A stretch of DNA of 64,000 nt from Thermoplasmata archaeon (GTDB lineage: Archaea; Thermoplasmatota; Thermoplasmata; RBG-16-68-12; JAFNFQ01). The notes beneath the pieces are model-generated. The model worked only from the letters and a program-made list of their open reading frames with translations, was not told the DNA's origin and did no database searches. The stretch spans positions 96,001 to 160,000 of the forward strand of contig JBGPQV010000001.1 in the NCBI GenBank assembly GCA_041489255.1, read 5' to 3'. This document shows positions 1-10,563 of the stretch, piece by piece. Both the position numbers and the translations under genes were made by a program. How positions within the stretch are numbered: the stretch's first letter is position 1; every line of letters begins with the position of its first letter.

Positions 1-147
1 GGCGTCACGGTCCAGAAGGACGCCGTAATCAAGAACTCAATCATCGGATCCGGTTGCAGGATAGGCCCTCGTGCCTCCTTGACAGACTGCATCATTGAGG
101 ACGAGGTGTCAATCAAAGCGGACCAGGTCATCACGAAAGGTGGGTGA
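1..147 (+). CDS. 3' end of a sugar-phosphate nucleotidyltransferase (left-handed beta-helix domain), partial
   Basis: Frame 1 reads GVTVQKDAVIKNSIIGSGCRIGPRASLTDCIIEDEVSIKADQVITKGG*, a hexapeptide-repeat pattern, directly upstream of a phosphohexomutase. Confidence 0.75.
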   Translation, partial: GVTVQKDAVIKNSIIGSGCRIGPRASLTDCIIEDEVSIKADQVITKGG

Positions 148-151
148 GGCG

Positions 152-1531
152 TTGGGTCGTCTTTTCGGGACAAACGGGATACGCGGGATCGTCGGCAAGG
201 ATATGACGCCCGAGCTGGCGCTCGGGATCGGGATGGCGGCCGGGATTCACTTCGGCGGGACAGTCGCAGTCGGTCGGGACACAAGGACATCGAGCAAGAT
301 GCTCCTGGACTCCCTTGTCTCAGGGCTTACAGCCACCGGAATAAGCGTGATTGACACTGGAATCGTCCCGACGCCGTGCCTTCAGTACTACGTCAAGACC
401 TCCAAGCTGGCTGGCGGGGTCATCATCACCGCCTCACACAACCCGCCGGAGTACAACGGCATCAAGTGCGTCGACTCGCTTGGCATGGAGTGTTCATCGG
501 AGGATGAGAATCACATTGAGGCGCTGTACTTCGAAAGGAAATTCAAATTGAGTGGTTGGGACTCGCTCGGCAACGTCAGGCAGGCGGACGCGATTCCCAG
601 GTACATCGAGGACATCGTCTCCAGAGTCGACGGGGAGGCCATCTCCCGCCGCAAGCCCAAGGTCGTGCTGGACTGCGGCAATGGCGCGGCCTGTTTCACC
701 GCTCCGGATCTGCTAGTCCGCCTCGGATGCGAGCTGGTGACCCTGAACGCTCAGCCCGACGGCCGGTTCCCCGGCCGTCTCCCCGAACCTGTCCCAGCCA
801 ACATACAGGAACTCATGCGGATTGTGAAAGAGACGAAGGCCGATGTCGGAATCGCTCACGACGGGGACGCTGACCGCGTGATTTTCGTGGACGACAAAGG
901 CGAGTACATCTTCGGGGACAAGAGCTTGGCGCTCATGGCGGGGGATATCCTGGCGGGTCGAGGAGGAATCGTGGTCACGCCGGTGAGCTCATCCAGCTGT
1001 TTGGAGGAAGTGGTGAAGTCCCGCCACGGCGAAGTCCACTACACGCGCGTCGGCTCTCCAATCGTTGCCAGGGCGATGTACAAGCTGGGTGCGACCTTTG
1101 GCGGTGAGGAGAATGGCGGGCTGATTTTCCCGGAGCACCAGTTCTGCCGCGACGGCGCGATGGCGGCTGCCAAGATGCTCGAGATCCTAGCGCATCACAG
1201 AGAGCCCCTGTCGGGTCTGATTGCGGGACTCCCGCAATACCAGTTGTACAAGACGAGCGTTCCTCATCCTCCCGGCATGAGGGATGCCATCATGGAACAG
1301 GTCAGGAAAAGGACTGCCGGCCTCAAGGTCATCGCGGTCGATGGGGTGAAAGTCATCCACGATGACGGATGGGTCATGATCAGGCCGTCAGGGACCGAGT
1401 CGATATTCAGGGTGTTCGCCGAGGCGCGGGACAAAGAAAAGGCGGAGAGGCTCGCAAGAGAAGGTGCGGCGATGGTCCGAGATATTATCGGGAGTCTGGA
1501 GGCTCAGGCGAGCCATAGCAGTAGCAAGTAG
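152..1531 (+). CDS. glmM: phosphoglucosamine mutase / phosphomannomutase
   Basis: LFGTNGIRG, ITASHNP, DGDADR and GGEENGG motifs; TTG start after GGTGAGG. Confidence 0.9.
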   Translation: MGRLFGTNGIRGIVGKDMTPELALGIGMAAGIHFGGTVAVGRDTRTSSKMLLDSLVSGLTATGISVIDTGIVPTPCLQYYVKTSKLAGGVIITASHNPPEYNGIKCVDSLGMECSSEDENHIEALYFERKFKLSGWDSLGNVRQADAIPRYIEDIVSRVDGEAISRRKPKVVLDCGNGAACFTAPDLLVRLGCELVTLNAQPDGRFPGRLPEPVPANIQELMRIVKETKADVGIAHDGDADRVIFVDDKGEYIFGDKSLALMAGDILAGRGGIVVTPVSSSSCLEEVVKSRHGEVHYTRVGSPIVARAMYKLGATFGGEENGGLIFPEHQFCRDGAMAAAKMLEILAHHREPLSGLIAGLPQYQLYKTSVPHPPGMRDAIMEQVRKRTAGLKVIAVDGVKVIHDDGWVMIRPSGTESIFRVFAEARDKEKAERLAREGAAMVRDIIGSLEAQASHSSSK

Positions 1532-2277
1532 GCGATCAAAGCACCTGTGCTTGTGGCCACGAGGTTCACACCCTTCTTGTGGATCCAGCCGCGTCTCTCG
1601 ATGGTGGCCCCGAGCACACTGTCGATTTGGCATCCTAGGAAGCCAACGACGGCCGGGATCAATAGGAACCAGGATTCCGGGGGCAGAGTAACGGTTAGGC
1701 CCACTCTACTTGATAGAAAATACAGGATCAACCAGCCGAATAGGGCGGTGTACAGACTCGCACCTATGGCGCACACCTCACCCAGGACGGAAATACCGCC
1801 ATCCGTGCCAGCTTTGACTCGCTTGAATGTAGTGATGAGTCGGGCCTTGTCAGATAGTACGCCTATCTCGCTCGCGAGCGTGTCGGCACCCGCCACGGCG
1901 AGGGCAGAGAGGAATGCGAGACCTGCCCATGTGACGGGTACGAAACCAAGGTTGAGTGTCGAGAGCAGGGCAACGGCAGTCGGCGCGAACCCGTTCGCCA
2001 GAACGTTCATCGCGCCTCTCTCGCCCTTCTTACCCTCCTGGACCCCCATCGCCTCCTTGAGGGCGAACCTGTATTTCGTCGCCGCAAAGCTGGACAGCAG
2101 GAAGAAAAGTAGAAGGAAGAGCCATGTGACTTCTCCGGCTATCCCGATGATCATGCCTATGACGAATGCAGCCACCGTGCCGCCCTTTGTGAGGACCTGC
2201 TTGTAATAGGCGAGTGAGGACAGTGCGAGGCAGAGAGAAAACGTTAGCACTGCCGACTCGATGGTTGCTATGGGCAC
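1504..2277 (-). CDS. DUF92 (TMEM19-like) membrane protein
   Basis: GERGAMNVLANG, ADTLASEIG, GTDGGISVLG and DSVLGAT motifs; GTG start chosen. Confidence 0.85.
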   Translation of the reverse strand: MPIATIESAVLTFSLCLALSSLAYYKQVLTKGGTVAAFVIGMIIGIAGEVTWLFLLLFFLLSSFAATKYRFALKEAMGVQEGKKGERGAMNVLANGFAPTAVALLSTLNLGFVPVTWAGLAFLSALAVAGADTLASEIGVLSDKARLITTFKRVKAGTDGGISVLGEVCAIGASLYTALFGWLILYFLSSRVGLTVTLPPESWFLLIPAVVGFLGCQIDSVLGATIERRGWIHKKGVNLVATSTGALIAYLLLLWLA

Positions 2278-2317
2278 GTCCCACGCCGAGAACCCTGTTC
2301 GATAATAATCTTTCGCG

Positions 2318-3340
2318 CTATCCGAACCATTGGTCGAGGGATCGCTGCTCCCTGCTCCTTGCGGCCTCGGACATCTTCTCCAGGGCAACAGTGACCCTAT
2401 CCGCCGAGAAATCGTGCTCCTCGCAGAGGAGCCTCTTAACCCCATCGGTGTCCACATCCCGCCACTGGAGACTGTAGTCAGCGGTCATCAGCGGCCTGAG
2501 GAAAATCTCCCGGATCTCTATGGCATTCTCTATCTGGACTCCAAGCCCCTCCATCGCCTTCTCGAGAGTCCCGTATTCCCTGATTAGGTTGAGCGCCTTC
2601 TTCGGGCCTACCCCTCGAACCCCTTCATTGAAGTCAGTGCCTATCAGTAGGCCCATGTCGACGAGCTGCTCCCTGGTAATTCCGAGGCCGCTCAGGGTGG
2701 AATTCAACTCCACCTGCTCTGGCTCGACATCGACATAGACATTCTTCCGCGGGAGTTTTCTTCTCCCGGTAATCGTGAGATTCCTGATCAGCGTCGGCGC
2801 ACCGAAGAGGAGGGAATCGTAGTCCTGAGACGCCGCGGCGAAGACATCTCCCTTAGCCGCCATCGCGCTTGCCTGCGCCTCACCCTCACCAGGCGCCTGC
2901 ACCATCGGCAGGCCCATGAGCTCGATCAGCCTCTTCGTTTGATCAACCATCTCCGCCGTAAGGCGGGAAGTCTGCATCGCTTTTGACCTGGCCCTCTGGA
3001 GGTCGCCCTCCTCCAGCGCCTCCTTCCATTCCCTCTCCGCCCTCTGCTTCACTTCGGCGCGGTCCTTGATTGTCTTGGCCTTGAGCTTTGGCGGCTCGCC
3101 GTCGAAAACGAACACGGGGCTGACCCCCGATTGCATCAGATTGGCGGTCCGATATAGAAGCCCGCTCAGGTGTGACGTGACCTCGCCGCGCCTATCCTTC
3201 AATGGCGTGCCATCTGGCTGCCGGATGATGGCGAGGAACTGGTAAAGGGTGTTGAAGGCATCGATGGCGACAACCTTGCCGCGGAAGTCCTCGATCTTCT
3301 TGGGAGTGGCCTTGACTATGTCCCTGAGGTTCACGCCCAT
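2318..3340 (-). CDS. fen: flap endonuclease-1
   Basis: AIDAFNTLYQFL, EGEAQA, SQDYDSLLFGAP and C-terminal PIP box QRSLDQWF. Confidence 0.97.
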   Translation of the reverse strand: MGVNLRDIVKATPKKIEDFRGKVVAIDAFNTLYQFLAIIRQPDGTPLKDRRGEVTSHLSGLLYRTANLMQSGVSPVFVFDGEPPKLKAKTIKDRAEVKQRAEREWKEALEEGDLQRARSKAMQTSRLTAEMVDQTKRLIELMGLPMVQAPGEGEAQASAMAAKGDVFAAASQDYDSLLFGAPTLIRNLTITGRRKLPRKNVYVDVEPEQVELNSTLSGLGITREQLVDMGLLIGTDFNEGVRGVGPKKALNLIREYGTLEKAMEGLGVQIENAIEIREIFLRPLMTADYSLQWRDVDTDGVKRLLCEEHDFSADRVTVALEKMSEAARSREQRSLDQWFG

Positions 3341-3396
3341 CTGTTGCCGGCATCAGAGAAGTGCGGTCATAAACCTATTGATGGCAGGCCAATTTC

Positions 3397-6300
3397 TCAG
3401 GCTTCAGCCGTCTTCACTCCGAGCGCGAAGCTCTCGTCTCCAAGAGTCGCCTCCACGACATAGCCATCCGTCGGCTGCTGCTCGACGAATCGGAGATCTG
3501 CGGAATTGGTTTGGGAGGAAATGTACTCCCGCCAGTTCTTCAGCATTTTGTGGAGCCCCTTGCTCGCCTTGATCTGGAGCTGAATCCCTTGTTCTTCCTG
3601 GAGCTTCATCTCCTTCCTGACATCCTTGATTATCCTGACGATTTCCTTAGCGTAGCCTTCGGAAAGGATGTCCTCGGTCATCTCCGTGTCAACATAGACT
3701 ATGCCGCCTTCGTAGGGTTCCTCGACGACTGTCTCCGGCAGAGTCTCCTCGAACCACACCATCTCTCTGTCTATGCTGACCTTCTGACCTTCGATGCCGA
3801 CTGCGTATGCACCCTTGTTGATGCCGCTCTTGATCTTCCATGCGTCTTGGCTCTTGAGTAGTATCTCTATCTTCTTGGCCCACAGCTTGTATGCTCGGTT
3901 CAAGGCGTCAGTGTCCACCTGCACCCGTATGTTCATGCCACGCCACGTCTCGTTCGGCGGGACTATATCTAGCTCCTTAGCGAGGCTCTGGTTCACGATT
4001 ATCTTCCTGAAGGACGTGACCGCGTCTATGCCCAGCTGGGCCCCAGGCTTCACCGCCACGCGCTTCACGGGCCAGTAGCTCTCCATCCCCGCCTTCTGCT
4101 TTGCTCTGTGAACCGCTTGCAGGACCTGTCTCAGCACATCGACGTAAGCGGAGATCTCCTCGTCGGACAACTCGAGGCCTATTGTCTCCTTGGTGGCGAG
4201 CACCGCCGCCTTGACCTCCGCCGTCAGCTCCTCCGCAGGCCTTGCGGCATAATCCTTCATCTGCTTTATCAGCTCGACGACGGAAGCGAAGCCTTCCGCG
4301 TCGATCTTCGCGCGTGCCGTGTCAATGAAGTCACCATCGCCCTTCCCTCTCGGGCCAGCTTTTGCAGCCATCCGCGCCCATGCGGTGACCGCGCTCGCGT
4401 TCAACGATCCCAGGTCGGCTCCTGCGACCTGCGTGACGAACAGCAACGATCTGAGCATCTCTTGGACGCCCTCCAGCTTGGATGAATCTCCATCCCATTC
4501 CGCCAGCTGGCGCCCATACTTTTCCTGGATCATCTGAAGGAGCTCGACCATGTATAGGGGCAACAGCTTCGGCTCCTCCCCGAGGACCGCGACTCCCAGG
4601 CTCACATCGAGGGCTTGTTCGACGAGGATGTTGGCCGACTCAAAGCCCATCCGCTTCAGCCCGACCCCACTCTTGTCCACGAAGACGTCTTTTATGAACA
4701 TCTGAACCGTCTTCAGCATCTTCGCCATCTTCTCGTCGCTCAGCTGGTCGCGGAGCGATCTGGATTCGGAGGCGATCGGACGCCCATCCTTGTGGATGAG
4801 TATGACGTCCTCCACGAGGTACGTGCCAGCGTTCTCGACCTTCGCTTCCTTACTCTCCGTCAGCTCGTACCTGGATTCATCGAGCGGCCGGTGGTAGAAC
4901 ACCTGGAGGTCGACCGGGACGGTGCCGGTGCCACCGGGCCTGACGCCGAAATCGATCGTCTTCTTCTCGTTCGGCCCGATGAACGGTATGACCTTCGGCC
5001 CGTCCACATCGGATCCTCCGAACATCTTGATCTCGATGTTCTTCGCCGGCCAGTTCCCTTTGTTGGCCACCGCCACGCTATAGCGGTTCCACAGACCCTC
5101 CTGCAGCCCGCCGGTTGGCAGTGTCATGAACAGGCGGGGGTATCTGTCCTTGAGATGATCCTGGATGCGCTGGTTCACGCTGCTCCTTGCCGCCTCGAGC
5201 AGGGCTTCGAGCTCCTGTCCGCGCTCCTGACGAAGGGCGTCGGCCGCCCTCATGAGAAGGCCCTCCGCCTCCTCCACACCGACCCCGAGCTGCTTCGCCT
5301 CGACGACCGTGGAAGTCAGGCGGTCCAGCGCTTCCCTGCACCTCTTGAGAAGCGCCTCCTTCCTGCCCTCGTCCAGGCTTTCCCTTGCCCGTCTGAAATA
5401 ATCTTCGACGAGACGGTAGTTCTTCTCCTCAAGGGCGTCCTGTACCCTGCTCAGATACGACTCGGCCATGGTCACATCCGCGCCCTCGGTTCTCGCACTT
5501 TGGATGTCTTGGATTAGGTTGGTGAGGTCTGACTCGACCCGCTTTGACACCTGAGCATCTTTAGTCCTCTCCACGCCCTCCCGAATCCTCAGATGAATGT
5601 CCTGAAGCCTATCGAACTCACCGTCCTCGTACGCCTCGTCGGCGTCTCTCATTAGTATTTCCGACTGGCTGACATCGGCACCGATCTCCCTCATCTCGTC
5701 GACATACTGGTGAGTCGTGTCCCTGAGACTCTTCATCTTCGACTTAAACTTGTCAACCGCCTTGGTGGCCTCGTCCCTCGCCTTGTTGATTGCCTGCCAG
5801 GCGGTCTCCGGATCGATCGCGGCATATTCCTTCGCTTGACCGAGAAGCTTCTCCACCTCAGTCGCATCCTCATCGAGCAGGGTCGTGCTACGCAATATCC
5901 TGACGGCTTCAGTCACAGGACTAGATTCCAGAGCACCGAGAGAGGCTCCCTTCTGATCGGTCACGAAGATGAGCTTGGCCACGTACTCGTTGATGCCCTC
6001 AAGTTCCTGCATCATCCCCGACCAACCATCAAGGGCTTTTCCGTATCGCTCCTCTACTTGCCTGAGGACTTCCACCATGTACAAGGGTAGCAGGTCGGGC
6101 TCGTCGCCGACGGTCACGCAGGCGACGTATGTGTGCTCGCTCTTCTCCAGCAGTATCTTGCTTTCCCCGAATTCCAGACGTTTGAGGCCGGTTTTCGTTC
6201 TTTGCCTGAACGAGTCCTTCACGAAGTCTTGAACCACCGTGAGCATGCCGCTGAATATGTCCTCGTCTATGCTCTCTCTGAACTTCCTCGTCTGGTGATT

Positions 6301-9300
6301 GATGAGCCGCCCATCCGAGTGCACGAGGAATACATCCTCCACGAGATACGTGCCCGGCTTCTCCACCTTGAGGTTCTTGAGGTCTTTCAATTCATACTTG
6401 TTCTCGTCGAAATACCTTTGATAGAGAACCTCGATGTTCATGGGCACTTGGCCAATGGCCTTCGGTTTCACCCCGAATTCGACCTTCTTGGTTTCATTGA
6501 TGCCGAGTTCCTGTATCGGCTCGAGACCCCTGACATCGATATCTCCCCCGAGACTGAGGTTTATGTTCCTCGCGTTCAGCTTGCCCTTGTTGGAGACCTC
6601 GACGACACAGTTGTTCCAGACATCTTGCTGCAGGCCTTCCTCGGTGAATTTGACAATCAGGTTGGGATACCTGCTCTTGATGAAATTCTGTATTTGGATC
6701 CCGGCGGAGACTTCCGCCTGTTTCACGAGTATGTCAGCCATGTTCAAATCCTGCTTCTCCAAGGCCTTGCTAGCTTCCGCGAGTATCCTCTCCGCCTCGA
6801 CGACGTTGACGCCGGATTTCCTCGCGCTGTCGATCATCGTTGAGATGCTGCGCATCTTCGATTCATACCGGTCGGAGAACTGCCTTCTCCTCCTCTCGCG
6901 GACCATCGTCTTGCCCTCAGCCACGAGACTCTCGGCCTTGGCGAGGTTGAGCGCCTTCAGGGCCTCCCTTGCTTGAAGGGCCAATGGCCGGAGATCCCCG
7001 ACCTCCACCCCGACCCGCCCCGCCTGGGCGAGCATGTCCTCGAAGGTGCGGATATCCTTCTCCACGTGATCGCCCTCCGCCGCGCGTCTCGCCCCGTCGA
7101 GCAATACCTCGATCTGCTTGGCGATACCATCTAACGCTGTCAGGTCCCTTCTCTGGACGGCTTCCTCTGCCTTCTTGTACAACGCTTCCGCGGCGCCCGT
7201 CTCAAGGCCAGCGTCCCTGCAATCCTGAATGACCGTATTCATTGCTTTCAGTTTGGCAGCCACGTGGACCTGTTGCGCCGATCCGACCATGTTTGAGATT
7301 TTCTTCGCGATATCCTGGAGGTTATCGAAGCGCCCGAGAGCGAGGTCCTCCTGTGCCTGCTTGAGCAGTTCGTTCGACTTCGTGACATCGATTCCAAGAA
7401 CTTGGGTTCGCTCGACCTCGGCGGAGAGAACCTTGAGCTCGCTCTCCAGCTGCCGTATGTCCGCGTGCCGCTTCGCGGTCTCAACTATGTCATTGATGAC
7501 CTTGGTGTACTCGATCGTCTCGACGAACCTGCCGTCCTTGAGCGCCTCGTCAGCGTTCGAAATGACCTTCTCGCCTCTGAAGACTTCGAGGCCCGCCGCC
7601 TTTGCCGATTCCAGGTTCGACCTGGACTTGTCAAGCAGGTCCACGGCCGCTTGCTTGAGGCCTTCCTGGAGGGTCTGGGCGAGGCTCTCCGAATCGACGA
7701 GTTCCTTTGCCACGTCCGCAAAACGCCCCTCGCCGAAGGCCTTCTCGGCCTTCTGGACCGCTTCCCCCGCGCCCATGATTTCTATGTCGGCGCGCGATAG
7801 GTCTGCGATCAGTTTCTTGAAGTTGGCGATCTCGGCCTTCGCCAAGTCCAGCTCCTTCGTCCTGAGCGCTTCCTGCTGAGCCTCCCAGGCCTTTATCGCT
7901 TCATCCGCCTTGTTCTCCGCAATCGATCCATATTCGATTGCCTTGTCGATGCTGCCCGTCTGGAGCGATTCCTTGGCAGTGTCCAGGATGTCGGCGGCCT
8001 CGCCTGTGGGGATGTTGTGCTCCGCCGCCCTCTTCAGCCGCTCCGTGCCCCTGTCTATGATCGCTTTGGCAGCAACCAAGAGTTGGGCTTTCAGTTCACT
8101 TGCGGTCTTCTCGAGTTCCTGCAGAATCCCGTCGACCTCTTCGTACTTACGCTGCCGCAACGCGACTTCTGCCTTCGCAATTGTCTCGTCGGATTCCTCG
8201 ATGTCCACGTTCGCGTTCTTCAATTCAGCGATGAGAGCCTTGACGCGAGCGAAAGTCCTCATTGCCCTCTTGCCATCCTCGGCAACTTGCTTGCTGCGTT
8301 CCTTCTCCTGAGCGCCTCTGGCCGCGGCGATCGTCTGCTCAATGCTGGCGGCAACTAAGAACGCTTCACTGAATCGGCTTTCATTTAGCGCTTGCTCCCC
8401 TCGTGCGAGCATGTCGTCGAGCGGTGGTAGATGAACGCCCTCCGCGCTTGCTTTCTGAATGGCGGTCTTGGCCTTCTCGAGCCGGCGCTCCGATGAGGAT
8501 TTCAGATCCGCCCACAGCAACCCCACGGCGTCTTCTGTTGTCTTGAGGCGTATCTCTGCCTCCTCCACCTCGTTCTTGTCAAGTGCAGCGTGAACCGATG
8601 CAATCCCTTCGCGCGGTTTCGCGACGTCGACATCGACATTGGCGAGCTCGTCAACCCTTTGCTGGAGCTCCCACAGCTTCCGCTGCATCCCCCTCGTCCT
8701 CTCGCTCACGATCCTGAGCGTCTCCGCTTCCTCGACAGCCAACTTCCGCTCTTTCGTTTCGAGGGCTCTCTCGGCACGAAGATGTGCGAGCCGCGCGAAC
8801 TCCAGCGCCTCGTATATCTTGCCCTGTTTGAAAGACTCCTCGGCGCTCTCAAGGAACTTCCGCGCCTCTGCAGAAGTGACACCTTTGCGCTCCGTGCTTT
8901 CCACGGCCTTACGGGATTTGTCGATGAGGTCCCGCGCAGAGCCCTCCAATGATGTCTTCAGGCTCTGGGTGAGGTCTTCAAGCTGACCTATGATGGTTTC
9001 AGCATCGTCGAAACGTCCATGGTCTAATTGCTCCCTCGCCTTCGCGATGAACTCGTCTGCGCCGGCAACGTCCACGTCTGTCCTCCTAAGCTCCACCAAC
9101 AGATCGCGAATCCTCTCCAAGCGAAGGACCGCGCGGCGGAGTCTCTCCTGGTTCGGCAGTTCCAGCTCCTGCTCGACCATCCTCTCGATGTTGAACGCCT
9201 GGCCGACGAGTGCCGCTTCCTCCACTTGCCTCAGCAGGGCCTTGACCTTGCTCGCGTCGAGCCTTCCTGCACCCGCTTTCTCAACGATTTTCTCCACTGC

Positions 9301-10563
9301 CGTCGCCACAGCGGCTCTCTGCACGGCCTCGCGCGCGAGCTCGACGGCTTTCCTGGCACGAGCGATGAGCTTGCGCATGTCGTCGGGCTTCTTGGCATCG
9401 AATGAGGCGGCTGCGTCCTTCAGTAGGATCTCGACGTCCGATGTGTCAGCTTTGATAGCCCTGAGGTCCGCCATGTCGAGCCTAAGCGAATCGAGGGATT
9501 CGGACATCTTCCTGAGCTCTGCGGCATCCTTGACCCCGATGCTTGCTTCCCTGGCCAGCGTTCTCACACGGGCATATTCGCCTTCAGCCAAGGCCTTCCT
9601 TGCCTGCTCGAGAATAGGGTACACGGCACTAACGTCCGACTTCTTCCTCTCTTCCTTCTTGGCTTCGTTCTCTACGCGCTTCAAAAGGCTGTCTGCGGCT
9701 GCGAGTCTCTTTGCCACCTTGACCGCCGCTCTGGTCTCGCGTGACAGCCTTTGGACATCGGCATAGACACCATTCTTGAGGTTCTCTCTGGCATCGTGGA
9801 TGAGCCTGCGGGCCACGTTGACATCGGCACCTTCCTGTCCAGCCTCGCTCGTCTCGGCCATGGCAACCTTGAGGAGCGACTCAGCTCTCGCGTAGCGCCT
9901 GGCTTGTTCCGCCTTCTCTTGAGCCTTGAGGCACCGGTTCCTTACCTCGCCGAAGTCGTCCGCCTTCAGGGCATCCTCTGCCTTCTTCAACTCATCCATT
10001 GCCTCGGATGGATCAGCCCCTCTCTCGCGGCAGTAGGTCACCCTCTTCCTTGCGGCTTCCAAGAGGCTCTCCGCCCTCTTACGGAGCTGTGCCTCCTGCT
10101 TGCGGGCACCCGTGCGCCTGAGAAGCCTCTCGGCCCCACCGAGATCTCCGGCATCAATCGCCTTAGTCGCGTCAGTCAGGCTCTTCTCCAGGGCGAGCGT
10201 CTCGACTCCAGACGCTTTTGCCTTTTCCACCGTCAGTTTGGCCTCAGATATGCGCGCTTGAATCCTCGCCTTGCTGCCGGCTATCTCCACCGCCCTCTTG
10301 GCGGCTTTCGCCGATTCCAGTGCGGTGTCCAGGTCGTTCTCGGATCTGGCTTTGTCGGCCTTCTGCAGTAGGCGGTTCGCCACCGCGGTGTCGGTCCCTT
10401 TCGCCCCCTCGAGGCCTACCGACTCATGCGCCGCCGCCAGGGCCTTTTCGAACCTTTCGGCAGTCGCTCCGCTGAGAGGCTTACGGCCCGCAGGGGTTCC
10501 GCAGGCAACGCATGCTTTTGCGCCCTCGGGGAGGGGCGAATCACAGATGCGGCAACTTGCCAT
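3397..10563 (-). CDS. giant multidomain protein: zinc ribbon, helical repeats, two Ig-like+longin-like modules, IleRS C-terminal (DUF5915-like) domain
   Basis: N-terminal CRIC...CVAC; long amphipathic helical repeats; duplicated YPxL...NKG...YLVEDVxLxHxDGR modules; C-terminal VDTEMTEDILSEGYAKEIVRIIKDVRKEM. Confidence 0.85.
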   Translation of the reverse strand: MASCRICDSPLPEGAKACVACGTPAGRKPLSGATAERFEKALAAAHESVGLEGAKGTDTAVANRLLQKADKARSENDLDTALESAKAAKRAVEIAGSKARIQARISEAKLTVEKAKASGVETLALEKSLTDATKAIDAGDLGGAERLLRRTGARKQEAQLRKRAESLLEAARKRVTYCRERGADPSEAMDELKKAEDALKADDFGEVRNRCLKAQEKAEQARRYARAESLLKVAMAETSEAGQEGADVNVARRLIHDARENLKNGVYADVQRLSRETRAAVKVAKRLAAADSLLKRVENEAKKEERKKSDVSAVYPILEQARKALAEGEYARVRTLAREASIGVKDAAELRKMSESLDSLRLDMADLRAIKADTSDVEILLKDAAASFDAKKPDDMRKLIARARKAVELAREAVQRAAVATAVEKIVEKAGAGRLDASKVKALLRQVEEAALVGQAFNIERMVEQELELPNQERLRRAVLRLERIRDLLVELRRTDVDVAGADEFIAKAREQLDHGRFDDAETIIGQLEDLTQSLKTSLEGSARDLIDKSRKAVESTERKGVTSAEARKFLESAEESFKQGKIYEALEFARLAHLRAERALETKERKLAVEEAETLRIVSERTRGMQRKLWELQQRVDELANVDVDVAKPREGIASVHAALDKNEVEEAEIRLKTTEDAVGLLWADLKSSSERRLEKAKTAIQKASAEGVHLPPLDDMLARGEQALNESRFSEAFLVAASIEQTIAAARGAQEKERSKQVAEDGKRAMRTFARVKALIAELKNANVDIEESDETIAKAEVALRQRKYEEVDGILQELEKTASELKAQLLVAAKAIIDRGTERLKRAAEHNIPTGEAADILDTAKESLQTGSIDKAIEYGSIAENKADEAIKAWEAQQEALRTKELDLAKAEIANFKKLIADLSRADIEIMGAGEAVQKAEKAFGEGRFADVAKELVDSESLAQTLQEGLKQAAVDLLDKSRSNLESAKAAGLEVFRGEKVISNADEALKDGRFVETIEYTKVINDIVETAKRHADIRQLESELKVLSAEVERTQVLGIDVTKSNELLKQAQEDLALGRFDNLQDIAKKISNMVGSAQQVHVAAKLKAMNTVIQDCRDAGLETGAAEALYKKAEEAVQRRDLTALDGIAKQIEVLLDGARRAAEGDHVEKDIRTFEDMLAQAGRVGVEVGDLRPLALQAREALKALNLAKAESLVAEGKTMVRERRRRQFSDRYESKMRSISTMIDSARKSGVNVVEAERILAEASKALEKQDLNMADILVKQAEVSAGIQIQNFIKSRYPNLIVKFTEEGLQQDVWNNCVVEVSNKGKLNARNINLSLGGDIDVRGLEPIQELGINETKKVEFGVKPKAIGQVPMNIEVLYQRYFDENKYELKDLKNLKVEKPGTYLVEDVFLVHSDGRLINHQTRKFRESIDEDIFSGMLTVVQDFVKDSFRQRTKTGLKRLEFGESKILLEKSEHTYVACVTVGDEPDLLPLYMVEVLRQVEERYGKALDGWSGMMQELEGINEYVAKLIFVTDQKGASLGALESSPVTEAVRILRSTTLLDEDATEVEKLLGQAKEYAAIDPETAWQAINKARDEATKAVDKFKSKMKSLRDTTHQYVDEMREIGADVSQSEILMRDADEAYEDGEFDRLQDIHLRIREGVERTKDAQVSKRVESDLTNLIQDIQSARTEGADVTMAESYLSRVQDALEEKNYRLVEDYFRRARESLDEGRKEALLKRCREALDRLTSTVVEAKQLGVGVEEAEGLLMRAADALRQERGQELEALLEAARSSVNQRIQDHLKDRYPRLFMTLPTGGLQEGLWNRYSVAVANKGNWPAKNIEIKMFGGSDVDGPKVIPFIGPNEKKTIDFGVRPGGTGTVPVDLQVFYHRPLDESRYELTESKEAKVENAGTYLVEDVILIHKDGRPIASESRSLRDQLSDEKMAKMLKTVQMFIKDVFVDKSGVGLKRMGFESANILVEQALDVSLGVAVLGEEPKLLPLYMVELLQMIQEKYGRQLAEWDGDSSKLEGVQEMLRSLLFVTQVAGADLGSLNASAVTAWARMAAKAGPRGKGDGDFIDTARAKIDAEGFASVVELIKQMKDYAARPAEELTAEVKAAVLATKETIGLELSDEEISAYVDVLRQVLQAVHRAKQKAGMESYWPVKRVAVKPGAQLGIDAVTSFRKIIVNQSLAKELDIVPPNETWRGMNIRVQVDTDALNRAYKLWAKKIEILLKSQDAWKIKSGINKGAYAVGIEGQKVSIDREMVWFEETLPETVVEEPYEGGIVYVDTEMTEDILSEGYAKEIVRIIKDVRKEMKLQEEQGIQLQIKASKGLHKMLKNWREYISSQTNSADLRFVEQQPTDGYVVEATLGDESFALGVKTAEA

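Noticed and set aside
3397-4150. Functional isoleucyl-tRNA synthetase gene
   Set aside because: Only the C-terminal extension is present; no catalytic HIGH/KMSKS core.
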